Part shown: positions 36,540 to 50,859 of the stretch, piece by piece
Layout: the number at the start of each line of letters is the position of its first letter
Numbering within the stretch: position 1 is the stretch's first letter
Source of the DNA: Basidiobolus meristosporus CBS 931.73
Taxonomy: Eukaryota; Fungi; Basidiobolomycota
Length of the DNA stretch: 64,000 nucleotides
Assembly: GCA_002104905.1 (NCBI GenBank)
Contig: MCFE01000050.1
Span: 62,001-126,000 of the forward strand
Direction of reading: 5' to 3'
Notes under the pieces: generated by a model
What the model saw: only the letters and a program-made list of their open reading frames with translations
Databases searched by the model: none
What the model was told of the DNA's origin: nothing
Translations under genes and position numbers: made by a program

Positions 36540-36819
36540 TGTTACAATTCTTGGTATAAGAGTTGTAGAGGAATAGGGAATTTAGCTAGTATTGTATTCA
36601 CTAAAACTTGAACTGATCTTTATTGATGGCATCATCATCATCCAATAAGATCCTACTTAATATATCTATTTCTGTCTTGATAAGGATCTGCTGATTCATT
36701 TGCTGATTAATGCTACTGATTTGATAGATAATACTGATATACTGATAACCTAAACATATAACTAATTGATTTGACTAAAAACTCATCCAACTTAAACATT
36801 CAAGCAGCAGATCATAACA
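36540..36819 (-). repeat. Solo LTR of family C with an internal deletion, inserted antisense in the RT of a family-C element
   Basis: TGTTACA...CATAACA, TSD AAAG; removal restores VLFEEKNDGK; shorter than the 51558 copy. Confidence 0.9.
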
Positions 36820-38875
36820 AAAGAATGATGGAAAACTAAGGCTGTGCATTGACTACAGAGCCCTCAATTCAGTTACCATGCAGAATTAGGACCCCATACC
36901 TTCAATTGATGAGCTTTTAGACCAACTCAATGGAGCTACCATATTTAGCAAGCTTGACCTTATATGAGGATGCAACCAGATCAGGGTTACACCAGAGGAC
37001 ATACCAGGACAGCATTCAGGACCAGATATGGACATTGTAAGTACTTCAACATGAGCTTTGGCCTTACCAACACCCTTTAACATTCATGACCTTGATGCAA
37101 TCAGACTTCCAGCAGTACTTGAACAACTTTGTGGTAATCTACCTAGGCAACATATTGATATACAGCAAGATCAAGGAGTAATACTTGGTGCACATTAAAG
37201 TGGTTGTGAAGAAGTTAAGAGAGACCAAATTGTATGGCAGGCTAGCAAAGTGTGAATTCATGAAGGAGCATGTAGAATACCTGGACACAGAGTGACCAGC
37301 ACAGGAGTGACCTTAGACCCAAAAGATTGAAGTTGTCAAGATTTTGAAGCAGCCCCATAGCATTTTAAAACTCAGATCATTCCTTGGGATGGTTTGCTAT
37401 TATTGGAGATTTGTAGAGTCCTTTGCAAGTATTGCAGCCCCTATAACTGATATTCTGAAGAAAGATAACAACTTGACATGGGACATATCCAGTGAGACTG
37501 CCATTCAGACACTCAACAATGAGCTTGCTAAGCTGCCAAGCTTAAGAATCCTAGACTTCAGAAAAGAGTTTACTCTGTGCACAGATGCATCAGACTATAC
37601 TATTGGTTGAGTACTGGGCCAAGAGCATGAGGGAAAGTACTACCCAATTGCCTTTGAGTTCAGGAAATTGAACTCAGAAAAAAAACTGTATGGTGCATGA
37701 GAAGGAGATACTGACTATAATACACTACTTGAAGACCTAGAGATGCCACATTGAAGGAGTCAAGTGCACTGTGAAGACTGATCACCCATTACTCAATTAT
37801 ATATTTACTCAGAAAATGCTATCCATAAGAATGTCAAACTGGAGTGAATACATTCTTCAATTTGACTTGGAGATTGTCTTCTGCCATGGGAAAAACAACA
37901 TGGTTACTGATACCTTATCAAGTCTAGAATAAGTTGCACAACTCAGTTTGGTGCAAGAATCAGATTGGCCTAGCTATTTACCAAAGTACTTGGAGGACCA
38001 AGTTATTCCAAATGTGTTTGAGGAAGAGATCCAGAATATAATCCAGGATAAAGCCAGAAAATTTGTAGTACAGGATGAAGCAATTTTATTTAATTGAAGA
38101 TGGATGCCCTATTTCCTTTTGCCCTAGTGTTGCTTGCCTGGATTTATTATGTTAGCTATACAATAGAAATAGACATCTTGGAAATGAAGGAAACTGCCGC
38201 CTTGTGAAACCCAAAGCATGGTGGCCATGGAAGAAGCAAGAAACTGGGAAGCTAGTGAAAACATGCTCAAGTTGCCAAATCTACCAAGGCCAGCCACAGA
38301 GAGTTGCTGAACTCCTTCCCCTGGAGCCAGTAAGACCATTTGAGAGATTGGGAGTTGACTTTATTGGAAGATTGCCAACCATCAGGATATGCAACCATTG
38401 GAGCCTAGTAGTAGTTGACAATGCCGCTAAATGGCCAGTGGCTAAAGCTGTACCTGTAGCCAGTGAAGAAGAACTTGCAAGTTTATCTTCCAAGAGATTC
38501 TCCTGAAGTTTCATACCACTGAGGAGATTTTATCCAATAGAGTAGAAAATTTTTAGTAAAGAAACGATAGCTTACCTGGAATGCATTAGATCAAACACTT
38601 AAACCTTGGCATATTACCTTAGAGCTAATGGAGTCACTGAGCAGTTTATTGGATTATTTGGAAAATGCTCACCAAGTATGCTAATTAAGCTGTCAGTAGA
38701 TGGGATAAGTATCTAAACCAAGCACCTTTTGCCTGCAGAGTCAGAGTTCATAACACTACCCCACAAATGCAATTTTACTTAGAGTATGGATGTGAACCAA
38801 GCATTCCAGGAGATTTCACACAACCAGAGCTTATGTATGCTGTTGATGATGAACTCAGTCAGCCAAATAAACACT

Positions 38876-39609
38876 TGACTTGTTCTGTTGGATAGTGCCA
38901 AATAGAGCCATGAGTGCCAAATAGTACCATTGTGTGCCAGAGAGGCATAGTAGCCCTAAACTTGGCCCCAGAGTGTGAAGCATAACTCTGCATCTTCATG
39001 CAAAGCAGCCCCTGTGTTTCACCCATTGTGTTGGAGAAAATACATTTTTTGACCTTTTTTTGGATCTATGTTGTGCATGATGTGCAAGAACACAGAGTAA
39101 TTGAAGACATGCACCAGATACACAATACCCATGGCACTCTGAAACTAGCTCCTGTAGCTTGTATACAGTCACAAAAATGAATGGCGCTATCTTGGTCCAC
39201 TGGTATTATGTGGCACTATATTTAAATATTAGCCCTAAAGTAAGACCTATACAAAGCACTTATAGTGCCAGATAGTACCAATGGACCAAGATAGTGCCAA
39301 ACAATTTTTGTGACTATATACAAGCTACAGGAGCTAGTTTCAGAGTGCCATGGGTATTGTGTACCTGGTTCATGTCTTCAATTCTTTTGTGTTCTTGCAC
39401 ATCATGCACAACATTGATCCAAAAAAAAATGGTCAAAAAATGTATATTCTCCAATACAATGTGTGAAAGACAGGGGCTGCTTTGCATGAAGATGAAGAGC
39501 TATGTTTCACACTCTGTGGCCAAGTTTAGGCCCACATGGCCTCCCTGGCACACTATGGCATCATTTGGCACTCATGGCTCAATGTGGCACTATCCAATGG
39601 AACAAGTCT
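38876..39609. mobile_element. Non-autonomous fold-back element (MITE-like), 734 bp
   Basis: TSD ACT (38873-38875, 39610-39612); arms ~38876-39219 and ~39262-39609 are reverse complements; termini (A/T)GACTTGTTC..TTGGATAGTGCC match the left end of the 21686 element; no coding capacity. Confidence 0.92.
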
Positions 39610-40799
39610 ACTAGCCACTGGATCAAAGATGCCAAGAGGCACAGGCAAAGTATCTCAAAGTGCAGAAGAGAGGATGCAGTTATCTGATAAGACTATATCA
39701 CTTGAAGCATTGACAGTTGAGTACTTTGTATTGCAGAGAGACAACAGTTGAAAGAAGTTTGAGCCACAGTGGACAGGACCCTTCAAGGTCATCAGATAAT
39801 ATCCATTGACAACTTACCAACTAGTGGACAGAAAGACAATATCCAGGAAGATTTAGCTCATGGAGACAGACTCATGCTTGCAGGACTTGCTGACAATACT
39901 AAAGTACCATGATACTGGTATCATAAGAAAAGAGATTCAGGAAAATCCTCTCAGCTTTACTTGGGGCAAATGTTATGATCTGCCACTTGAATATTAGAGT
40001 TAGATCCGTTCTTAGTCTAATCAATCAGTTTTATGCCTTGACTATCACTATATCAGTGCTATCTATCAAATATGTAGTTTTAGTTAGCAGATGAATAAGC
40101 AGATCCTTAACAGACAGAAATAGCTATATTAAGCAGGATCTTATTGGGTGACAATTATACAATCAAATGAGTAAACAGCCACAACCTACACTGGGAAATA
40201 CAATTATTCATATATTAATCTGACAAAATGTATATAAGAAGCTGCTGGGACCTCAGTTAAAACCAGCTCAAGTTTTAGTGATCATAATTCTAGCCAAACT
40301 CCCTATTCCTCTACAACTCTTACACCAAGACTTGTAACACACCATATGTTACCTACACAAAATTAGAATAATCAAAGAAGCTCTGGAGAATGTTGCCATA
40401 GTAAATGAGAGCATTAAAATCCACTAAGCCTTGCTATGTATCAGCAACCAAGAAGTCATGCCTTTGTATCTTCCTGATCCGCATCTCCCTCTAGATCTGC
40501 GCTGGTGTTTGCACCAATATTTTTGCCACTTTTTGATGAAGGAGCCATAGCAATTAATAATTGTGCTGAGTTTCTTCACAAGTTTGGTCATGTCATTACT
40601 GCATACCAGCTACACCCTGACACCAATTGGGCTAGATTTTAGCCTTTCTGTCTCACCATGCAAGATGTCAACTGGGTTGAAGTGAACTTTCCTTCCAAAA
40701 GCATGTGGAGAATTGCCCAACGCCTCTTTAGCAGCCACTTTAAAGATTCTCACAAGAGGGCACATTTGGACTGCAACCTATGTAAACTAAAAAGCAATC

Positions 40800-41700
40800 T
40801 GTGCAGCACTCCTTCAATAGATTCCAAAGACAAATGGGCTTTGTTGGAGTTAGTGATGAGTTTCTGTTGCTTACAGCTCACTTTCTTTCAAAATTCCAAC
40901 ACCAACTACAAAAGAGTAGTGCTAACATCAAAGCATGCAACCCTGAACATACTTATGGTTAGGTCTCATATATATATACACTTGCAACCACCATTACTAC
41001 TGCAGATAGCCATACCTCAGGCAGCTCTGCTTTTACTCAAGTAACAACCAGAGAATCAACCAATCATTTGACCAACAAGAAGTCAGTTGCTATCAAACAT
41101 TGTGAGCAGAGTGGAATATGCTCTCAACTTACTTGGGAATGCAATGGCATTACCATGCAGTAAAACTAGCCAAGCAACACCTCAGAGAAGCAGCAAAAAC
41201 CAAAACTGATAATCCATATTCTGATGACAAATGCTATCAATGTGGCAAGATGGGACATCAATCACCTGCCTTTCCTTAGAGGAACTCCACACCATTGGCA
41301 AAAGCTGTGCAGACCCTATACAATTGCTCCACCAATGATACAACAAGGCATGAGGATGTGTATGAAGAACTTACAGCTCAAGATTAATGCAACCTCCTTG
41401 AATTTCTAGTTAGAATTGCTATTGTTCATCCAATGAAGCAACCAAGTTCATAGCAAAAGGCCATAGTGAGGCCACTCACCCTCAATGGTAAATCAAATGT
41501 AGAACTGCTGTAAACTGGATCATTCAATTCTATTGTATCACCCAATGTAGTCAAAGAACTCACATTGGAAATAGAAAAATAACCTGGAAAAATTGTTCTT
41601 GCAGCTAAGGACCTCCCAGCCCTAAGAATTGGTATCACCATCCCAATCAACACACATTGTGGCTATATAACTAATCCATCAAGAAAGTTATTAACATTTC
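40800..41700 (+). pseudogene. Highly degraded retrotransposon gag knuckle and protease remnant
   Basis: DDKCYQCGKMGHQSP (CCHC-like) at ~41224-41270 and LL*TGSFNSIVS (protease-like) at ~41505-41545. Confidence 0.5.
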
Positions 41701-41749
41701 AGATGAACCTCAGGTAGTCATTGGTCTAGACACCTTCACTAAGCTTGGC

Positions 41750-43000
41750 TAGCAAATGAATATGATCAGTCTGTAATCATTTTGCAGGATTCAAACAGGT
41801 ACATGGTATTTGAGTAAGCATTCCTATGCTAAGCAGCTATTACAAAATAGCAGAAGCTATCACAGGCATATGAACAATGGCAGCTTCCTCAAGTGCTTGT
41901 CACAAGCGGGACTGAAAGCTCCTAATAAGCAGCAAAAATATCTCATGTGGCTGGAAGGGTGCCACTCAGTGACAAGCAGGCAGGAACCAATACATCAGTT
42001 CAGCATTTATTGGGAAGAAGTATAGTTCAACTCAAGAAGCACTCAGTTAAAGTATCAGTGAAGGACCCAGTAGTGATGAACACTGGCAGATTCCTTGGGG
42101 CTTGTCACAAGTAGTACTGAAAGCTCTTTACAAGTGGCAATGAAATGTCTTTTCCTAGATTAATGCCAGTCAGGGACAGGCAGGCAGGGATCAACTCACC
42201 ATTCTAATATTTATCAACAGAAAATATTATTCAATACATGCAGCACCATGTTGAAGTAGTGATGAAGGACCTAACAGTGATAAAGCTAGTTGCTTCAAGA
42301 TTTGATTACAAGCAGGGTTGAAAGCATAAAACAAGTGACAGAGAAGTGGCCACTAGTCAAAAGAGTGCAACCCAAGGACAAGCAGACAGAAGCCAATGTA
42401 CCATTGCACCATTTTCAAGAAGAAAATGTAGCTCAACATAAGAGGTGCTCAGTCAAAGCAGCAGTGAAACATTTGGCAGTCACATAGGCAAAGGGAATAG
42501 GGTCTACATAAAGCAGAGAGAGGGATTCATGGAAAAAAAGCTATAATTTCTACCAATTAATGCCATCAGCACAAACAGGCCAAGCCTCATAATAGCCAGG
42601 GAAAACTATAAGCAAGATAGGAGCTATTTTCTCAAGAGTTGGAAGCATGACCATCTGAGCTACAACCCAGCAGGGCAAATGACTTTGTAGAGCAGGCATA
42701 ATACCTGCTGCAGCCTCCTCATCCTTCATTATAGAGAGTGTGGATATCCCATGACAGACAAAGCAACAATGTCATGAACTCACAAGACAATTGCAATGCC
42801 AATAGCGGAATTTTGAGCATCAATAGGCACACCAAGAGGTTACTGTACTACCTCAAAACCTATGCTCAGGTCAACTTACGTGAATATTCAAAGGATAGAT
42901 TGCTCAGAATGGCAGCTGAATTTCACAGGGAGACCTAATTTCTTATCAAACAAATGGGCAAACTTTTAGCATTGCTGAAATAACTAGGGTTCCACTCAAT
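41750..43000 (+). mobile_element. Diverged CACTA-like accessory-ORF fragment, reversed relative to P1
   Basis: CTCAAGAAGCACTCAG...GAAGGACC repeat units and ORF 42738-42938 (SINRHTKRLLYYLK) match the accessory ORF of P1 and P4. Confidence 0.6.
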
Positions 43001-43289
43001 TATTGATACATTACCACCTATCACTAAGTTAAATGATGTATTCCAGAATCTTAACTTAGAAATCAGTTTGTTTGTATCTGCCTATTATTAGGAGCAAGTG
43101 AATAATGGAACCTTAGGCAAATTTAAAGCCTGTCCAGATGAGCTAAAATTTGGCATATGTGCTCCTGAGACTCCCCTAATATTGACCAATTAGTTGCGTT
43201 TATGTAGTCTTACTACTACTGGAAGTACTGTGATGCAATACAATAAATCATCAAATTAATATTGTGTAAATCTTCTAAATTCTCTATTT

Positions 43290-45880
43290 CACCTCCAATA
43301 CATCACTTTAATATCTCAACATTTCCAGTATTGTGCAGTCTTCCAATCAAGTCAGTTTCCCATCTCTTGAATGGTCTTACAGGCTCTTTGGGAAAGGGCT
43401 CAGCAAATCTCTGAGGTTGGCCTTAGCTTATTTGGCAACTTGAGCATGTTCTCACTGGCATCTCAACATTTTGTTTCATCATCAGACACCATGCTCTAGC
43501 TTTTATAAGGAAGTAGGAACCATTGTTCCTAAGATGACCATATACAAGGTGTAGTTTGTGTACAAATCTAGCCAAGCAACATAGGAGCAATAGACAATAG
43601 GACTTCCATCAACAAATTGGTTAAGTGTCTCATCCTTTACTACAAACTTGCTGGCCTCATCCCAGATAATTTACCTCATATCTTCTTCCACCACATTAGG
43701 AATAGCCTGGTCCTCAAAGTAATTTGGTAATAAGATGGGCCAATTTGATTGATGGACCTGTTATGATTGACTACTTGAATGTTTGAGTTGGATCAATTTT
43801 TAGTCAAATCAAACAGTTATATGTTTAGCCTATCAATATATTGGTGTTACCTATCAAATTAGTAGCATTAGTCAGCATATGAATCAGCATACAAGTGCTT
43901 TGGCAAACACATCTGTATATTCCTTCAAAAGAATCTGGACTCTCTAGGGAACTGAAATAGTGTAATCAACCTGTTTTACAGCCATGGGAAACATCTTGGT
44001 ACCTTTCTTTAGTGCTCTACAAAATTGTGCCATGCTAAATTCACTTGTGTTACCAACACCAGAATTGATCAAGTTGAAATCCATCAGGGCAGGTAATAGC
44101 TCAAAGGTCTTGTTGTCCTTTAGGATCTGAGTAGCAAGGGTTTTCCAGTAGATTGATGGATTACAGCCAAATAGCCAGGTCTTTCTAATCACACAGTCAA
44201 ACTTGCAGCTTCCAAGTATATAGGCATTTAGGTTCTCATTATACTCATTGATCTTCATTCTTGCTGTCTGAGTAATTTGGTTGATTATGTACAAGTTACC
44301 ATTGGCTATTGAGACTGAAGTGGATATGGTATATTCCAAGTTGATTCCAGCTCTGAAGGCAAACTGCTTCAACATTGACAGATGTGATGTTTATGCATCA
44401 ATCATGATCTTGGTGGGCACTGCATTGAATAATTAATTCTGGTACAATAGCTTCTTGGAGCTTGAGGCCATTTGGGTTAAGTATTCTTCTGTCATATGCA
44501 GGGTGCATTCCAAGTCTTCTTCAAGTTCATCCTCCGTATTACTATGCTCAAGGGCTTCAATGTGATTGAAGGTTCTTGTTGACTAGTGCCCATTTCTACT
44601 GAGGACAGTACTTTGAGATATACCCATACTGGTAGCAACTAAAACAAAGTCTCTCTTCTTACATTTTTGTGCGGTGGGAGTCTTCTTCATAGCATCTGTT
44701 TCCATTGGCTCAGCTGCTGAGTGACTTCTTTTGAGGTGATATTAGCTTGGCTGATCAATCACTTGAAGCCTCCAAGCATATCATAGTCTATGGCAATCTG
44801 GATGGCTTCCTTAAAAGACTGAGATCCTCAATTATTTATTTCCTTGAAAGTTCTTTCTTTCACTCATTAGTAAAGTATTCAACTTCATCAAGGGGAACAA
44901 TTCTGTGAGTTTGTCCAAGTAGACATCCTCACTCATATGTGTATTCTCAAGCCATTCCTTTTTGACTGAGTGACCTCAGCTTCCTCCTTGATAGTGTCTG
45001 CTGGTGTGGGGGCTTAAAAGTATCCAGAAGTTGCACTGCAACTTACCTTAGGTGGAGACAGTAGAGCATTTCATCCTAGTGGCAAACCTAATCATGCTGT
45101 TGTACCAATGTAAGGCTGCATATACCAAGTAAGAAGCAGCATAATGCATCTTGCTCTCTGGGGCAATTCCTTTACCCTGAGAGCTCTCACAATTTGAAAG
45201 AGCCAAGTTCCCCGGTTTCCATTGGCTTCACAATTCTTCGCTCCTTATATACATTTTGTAAGATCAATTGCTGACTAATTGTGTATCCTAATGTCAGTTG
45301 TGGCTGCTGACTCATTTGTCATCATGCTACAAGTCTTGGTATAAGAGTTGCAGAGGAATCGGGAGTTTAGCTAGTACTGTATTCACTGAAACTTGAACTG
45401 ATTTTTATTGAGGTTCCAGCAGCTCATTAGATATATTTTACCAGATCAATTGCTGACTAAATGAATTTCCTAATGTAGGCTGTGGCTAATGACTCATTTG
45501 ATTGCATCATCATCACCCAATAAGATCCTACTTAATATATCTATCTCTGTTGGATGAGGATCTGCTAATTCATTTGCTGACTAATGCTACAGATTTGATA
45601 GATAATACTGATCTACTGATAAGCTAACATATATCTAATTGATTTGACTAAAAACAGATCTAATTCAAACATTCAAGTGGTAAATCATAACTAACATAAC
45701 CCAATTAGATCTTACACAGTATAACTATTTCTCTCTGATAAGGTATTACTGATTCATCTGCTGCGCAGTATTACTGATCTGATAAATAATAAAGGTATAC
45801 TAATAGGCTAAGCATACTGCTAATTGATTTAACTAAAAACTGACCTAGGTTATATGTACAAGCAGTATATAATAGAATCT
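43290..45880 (-). mobile_element. Degenerate Gypsy family-C element, gag-PR-(RT/RH missing)-IN, with nested LTR pieces
   Basis: Gag-like YAASYLVYAALHWY at ~45110-45150; protease 43944-44440; LLKEYTDVF then an LTR fragment 43759-~43893, then integrase N-terminal sequence; LTR 45325-45692 sits within older LTR sequence. Confidence 0.7.
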
Positions 45881-46089
45881 TCAACTTTGAGAAACAGTTT
45901 TTGTCTTGTTGGTAACTCTTCATGACTATGATGAGATTCAGCCTAATTCAGGCCAATTGTGTTAATTGGCAAGTACTGCAGCTTTTCTATTATGCCTCCT
46001 TGTATCTGTCTTTGGTAGACTCTTCTTCCTTTCTGTTAATCTATTCTAAATATGACTTCTACCAGCAAACAAGGCAATACCAACATCTT

Positions 46090-46608
46090 GTCATGATCAC
46101 ATGACAACCATGAACACCCATGCCAAGTTTCAGCTTCCTAGCTCAATTTCTAAGAGATTCCTTCTGGAACCTTCTACCACCTTCCAGAAAGTTCCTGACC
46201 ATTCCAAACCATTGTTACACAATGGATCATTCCATGGAAGCTTCCCATTGTGTTTGTCATAGTCCAGTACCATATATGGAAATACCAGGTCACATGACTT
46301 AGTCACATGATCAGGTGACCCAATCCATTTCCCCATCCTGTCTCAGTGCCTTGCCTTCTATATTATTATCCCCAGCACATTGCTGTGCCTCACCCCACAA
46401 TCCCATTAGTATTATCCAATATCTCTTGGCATCAGTACAACCAAAAAGTATATATAGTCCTATCCCCCCTTAATTATTTTTCAGTCTGATAAACACAGGT
46501 CTTGAATAAACAGCCTTGCCTTGGAAATCCACCTTGCCGTGTTGATCCACACCTAAGTCCTTTCCTGGTCCTGCCTTGCCTAGCTCTACTCTCCTTCCCT
46601 GTGTCTAT
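46090..46608 (+). repeat. Probable LTR of an otherwise unrepresented family
   Basis: Starts TGTCATG, has TATATATAG (~46450) and AATAAA (~46505), stands where the 5' end of Copia-3 should be; 3' CA and TSD not clear, single copy here. Confidence 0.4.
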
Positions 46609-46609
46609 T

Positions 46610-49600
46610 CATAAAACATCTTCCCTGTAAAGGAGAGGTTTGATGGGAAGAACTACAGACTTTGGAGAATCAAGATGCAGATCCACCTTGAGGAAAGAAA
46701 GCTTTGGAGCATAGTAACAGGAAAGGAAGTTGAGCCCAAAGGAACAGCAGAAGATGTGGAGAAGTTTCAAGAGAAGGAGAGAAAGGCCTTCAATGCCATA
46801 TGCATCAATGTGCAAGATTCCTTCATTGGACAAATCCATGCCTCAAATACTGCCAAAGCAGCATGGTAATCCTTAGAGAAGATCTTTGGAGCAAAGTCAG
46901 TATCAAGCAAGCTTTATTTGAAACAAAAGTTCTTCAACATGAGGAAGAAGCCAGATGATGACATGCTACAACTCATTACCAGAATGGAGACACTTGCAGA
47001 AGAATTTTACAGTATTAATGCTAGTGTAGATGATGAAGAAAAGATACTCTGTCTGCTTTGCAGCCTACCAGACAAGTATGAGCCACTAATACTTTCTTTT
47101 GAAAGCAGAGAAGACAATTTGACTTTAGACTATGTCAAAGGAAGACTTCTCCATGAAGAACTCAGACGTAATGATCAAGCAGAGAAAATTGAAGATAATG
47201 CTTTATTCAGTTCAGAAAGGCACACAGAAAAGAAGGGAAAGCAACAAAACCAAAGAAAACCTGGCTGCTGTAACTACTGTAAAAAGCCAGGACACTGGGC
47301 AAGAGAATGCAAGAAGAAACAAGCAGACAAAAAATAGAAACTAGAGCAGGCAAACCATATAACTACTGATGAACAGCTATTTGTAACTGTACCAGAGAGT
47401 GCAAGTAACCAAAGTAATGAAAGGTAAATTGACTCTGGAGCATCACATCATATTTGTGGTATAAAGGATTGGTTCAGCAACTTAAAGACTTTTCCGTAAG
47501 AAAGGTTTATCTGGGAGATAACTCTGTATTGAAAGCTACCGCCAGTGGGTCTATACAACTAAATATGAGTGATAACTCAGGGGCAACAACAGCAAAACTG
47601 ACTGACGTACTTTATGTACCTGGAATAGCTAAGAACCTACTCTCAGTCAGTAAAGCAACTACTCAGGGACTGAAATTTGTTTTTACTAAGCTGAGCTGCT
47701 CAATATTGAGTGAAAATGGACAAAAATTAGCTTTGGGAATCAGAGATCACAATATATACAAGTTACAATGCAACACCATTGTACCTGAGTATGTCAACAT
47801 TGCTGAAACTGATGAAACCAACTAGGAAACGTGGCATAGGAGGCTAGGACACATTGGGGAACAGAAAATGAGCCAATTGGTGAAAAATCATCTTGTTTTG
47901 GGCCTAAAATACTTAACTCTGATCAAATTGAATGATTGTAAGGGATGTTCATATGGCAAACAAGCTAGGCAGCATTTCAAGAGCTCAGAAGGCATCAATA
48001 CCACTGAAATATTGGCTATTGTACACTCAGACATATGTGGCCCCATGAGAACACTGTCCTTTGGAGCCAAGAGATACTTTATGATGTTTATTGATGACAA
48101 GACAAGATATACATGGGTGCACTTCCTCAAAACAAAGGATGAAGCTTGAGAGACGTTTAAGCACTTCAAGAACATGGCAGAAACACAAACTGGGTGTAAA
48201 TTGAATGTACTACAAAGTGACGGTGGAAGAGAATACTGCTCAAAGGAGTTTGCAAAATACTACTTGTCTACTGGTATACTTCAACAGACCACAGTTCCTC
48301 ATACTCCACAGCAAAATGGAGTAGCAGAATGTGCAAATAGAACAATAGTAGAGATGGGAAGATCTAGGCTACATGGTAAGGAAATGGACTACATGTTTTT
48401 GGCTGAATTTGTTGCTACGGCTGTATACATCAAGAACAGATGCCCAATAACAGTACTACGTATTCTACACCCTTTGAAGCATATACAGGCAAAAAACCAG
48501 ATCTCCAGCACCTTGAGATCTTTGGCAGTGATGTTTTTTATCACATCCCTGACAAAAAACGCTCAAAGTTGGAACCAAAGAATAGGAAAGGGATCTTTCT
48601 TGGGTATTGTGAAGATACTAAAGGGTATAGAGTGTATGATGGCAAAATTGAGAAGCTGATCAAGAGCACAGACGCTGTATTCAAGGAGAATTCAGATCAG
48701 AAAGCCACAGAAATCATTAGTCAGCTGCCTGATGATGCAATCAACACTAATGAAGAAGATACATACCAAATCCAGCCAGATATGGAAGATACTTCTACCA
48801 GCTTCAGATCAGAACAGATTACCCCAGTTAGGAGATCTACTAGAATAAGAAATGCTCCTGGATCCTGGTGGCAGACATCCAATGATCATGAAGAAGCTTA
48901 TCTTGCCTTATGTGATAAACCTCAGAATCTGGAACAGGCTATGCAAAGTCCAGATGCTACTAAGTGGCAACAAACCATGCAGCAGGAGTACCAACTACTG
49001 ATCAAGGCAAAATTGTGGGAACTGGTAGACTTACCAAATGGGAGAAAGCCAATAGGATGTAGATGGGTCTACAAGATCAAGATAACCTCAAATGGTACCA
49101 TTGATAAGTACAAGGCTAGATTGGTAGCTAAAGGCTATTCCCAGATCCAGGGACCAGACTTTAAGGAAACATTTGCTCTGGTTGCCAAGTTTAACTCTAT
49201 TAGGACAGTTCTAGCCCTGGCAGCTGTACACAGTCTAGATCTACACCAAATAGACGTTGAAACAGCCGTTCTAAATGGGAATTGCAAGAAACTATATATA
49301 TGGAGCAACCAGAAGGTTTTACTGATCCAAAAGACCCCCATAAGGTGTGCAAGCTTAGAAAATTGTTGTATCGGCTTAAGCAGGCACCCAGAGCATGGTA
49401 TAACAAGATTGATACATATCTAGAGGAAATTGGGTTCTCTTGTAGCACTGCAGATCACAGCATATATGTGAAACAGCTCTAAAGGGTGTGATCATCCTAG
49501 TTCTTTATGTGGACAACCTAATTATAGCTACAACTAACCAAGAGGTACTTAAACAGACAAAATCAGATCTCTTCAGCAAGTTTGAGATGAAAGATCTTGG

Positions 49601-50859
49601 AAAAATGAGCTATTTTCTTAGAATTGAGGTCTAATTTGACATACCTATGCAGAAAATTGTGCTGATCAGTCTAAGTACATCAGGGACACTCTTAGACGCT
49701 TCAAAATGGAAAATTGCAAACCTGCAGCAACCCCTATGCACAATAACCTGAAATTAAGCAAATCTCAGCCAGTTATAGATGAAAATGGCTCAAATATGGA
49801 CCAAAACTTTCCCTATCAATCAATGGTTGGTAGCCTAATGTACTTGATGGTGTCTACACATCCAGATATTGCAGTGGCAGTTGGAATAGTCAGTCAATTC
49901 ATGCAGAATTATGGATCAGATCGAATTGCAGCAGTGAAGCAGATTTTCAGATATCTACAAGGTACCATAAATATGGTACTTGAATACTCTGGAGCAGCTA
50001 ATAGGCAAAATTTGATGGTTATAGTGATTCAGATTGGGGTAGGGATCTGATTGACAGACGCTCTACCACAGGCTATGTATTTCTTTATACTGGTGCAGCT
50101 ATTACTTGGAATTGCAAGAAACAACCAACTGTGGCACTATCTACAACTGAAGTCAAATATATGGCTGCATGTCAAGCAACCAAGGAGGCTATATGGCTAC
50201 AAAAATTATTCAAAGACTTATGTTTTAATTCAGGTGAACCAACATGTATTTACAAGGATAATCAAAGTTGTATTTCATTAGCTAGAAATCCTACTAATCA
50301 TGCCAGAACTAAGCACATTGATATACAGCATCAATTTGTGAGGGAAGCAGTAGAAAATAACTTAGTGGAGTTAGTTTACTGCCCAATTGACAAAATGGTG
50401 GCAGACATATTGACAAAACCACTAGCTAGGCCACAGTTTGAGATCCCTAGAGAGAAATTGGGATTAAGAAATCATTTAGTTGAGGGGGAGTGTTGAAATA
50501 TTGGACTATTTAGTATCATTCAGCAGCTAAAAATTTACTTAACAATTCTAGACTAGTCTTAGTCACTGTAGGACTCATTTACTGCCTTAACTTTGCCACT
50601 TTTTCCAGATATATGGCCTTATGATTATTCCCCTATATTCAGGATCAAATTAGCACTATTACCAAACATTATGCACTAACCCTGAAACTGTTACAGAATG
50701 CCCCTGAATATTGAGAAACCCTCCCTACTTAGTGTTACAGCTGTATTACTTCTACAAAGGTTTAAATACTGAGCTTCTTTACTAATAAACAACAGTTCAA
50801 CTATTATCACTATTTCTTGATAAGTTCCCTATATACAAATCACTTCTTAAATTGCAACA
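46610..50859 (+). mobile_element. gag-pol: Ty1/Copia retrotransposon Copia-3 (second family), 5' LTR and PBS missing
   Basis: FDGKNYRLWRIKM gag, [54 protein letters not shown]; purine tract GAGGGGGAG; 3' LTR 50491-50859. Confidence 0.93.

Larger units (their letters stand above)
31499..40339 (+). mobile_element. pol: Ty3/Gypsy family C element, 5'-truncated, host of three insertions
   Basis: EYSDVFPDELVGLPP|VRDVDHAI, PWGAPVLF|..DGKLRLCIDYRALN, degenerate YLGNILIY, LRSFLGMV.YY, LCTDASDY, RPFERLGVDFIG, WTGPFKV; 3' LTR 39971-40339 (TGTTATG...TGTAACA). Confidence 0.88.
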
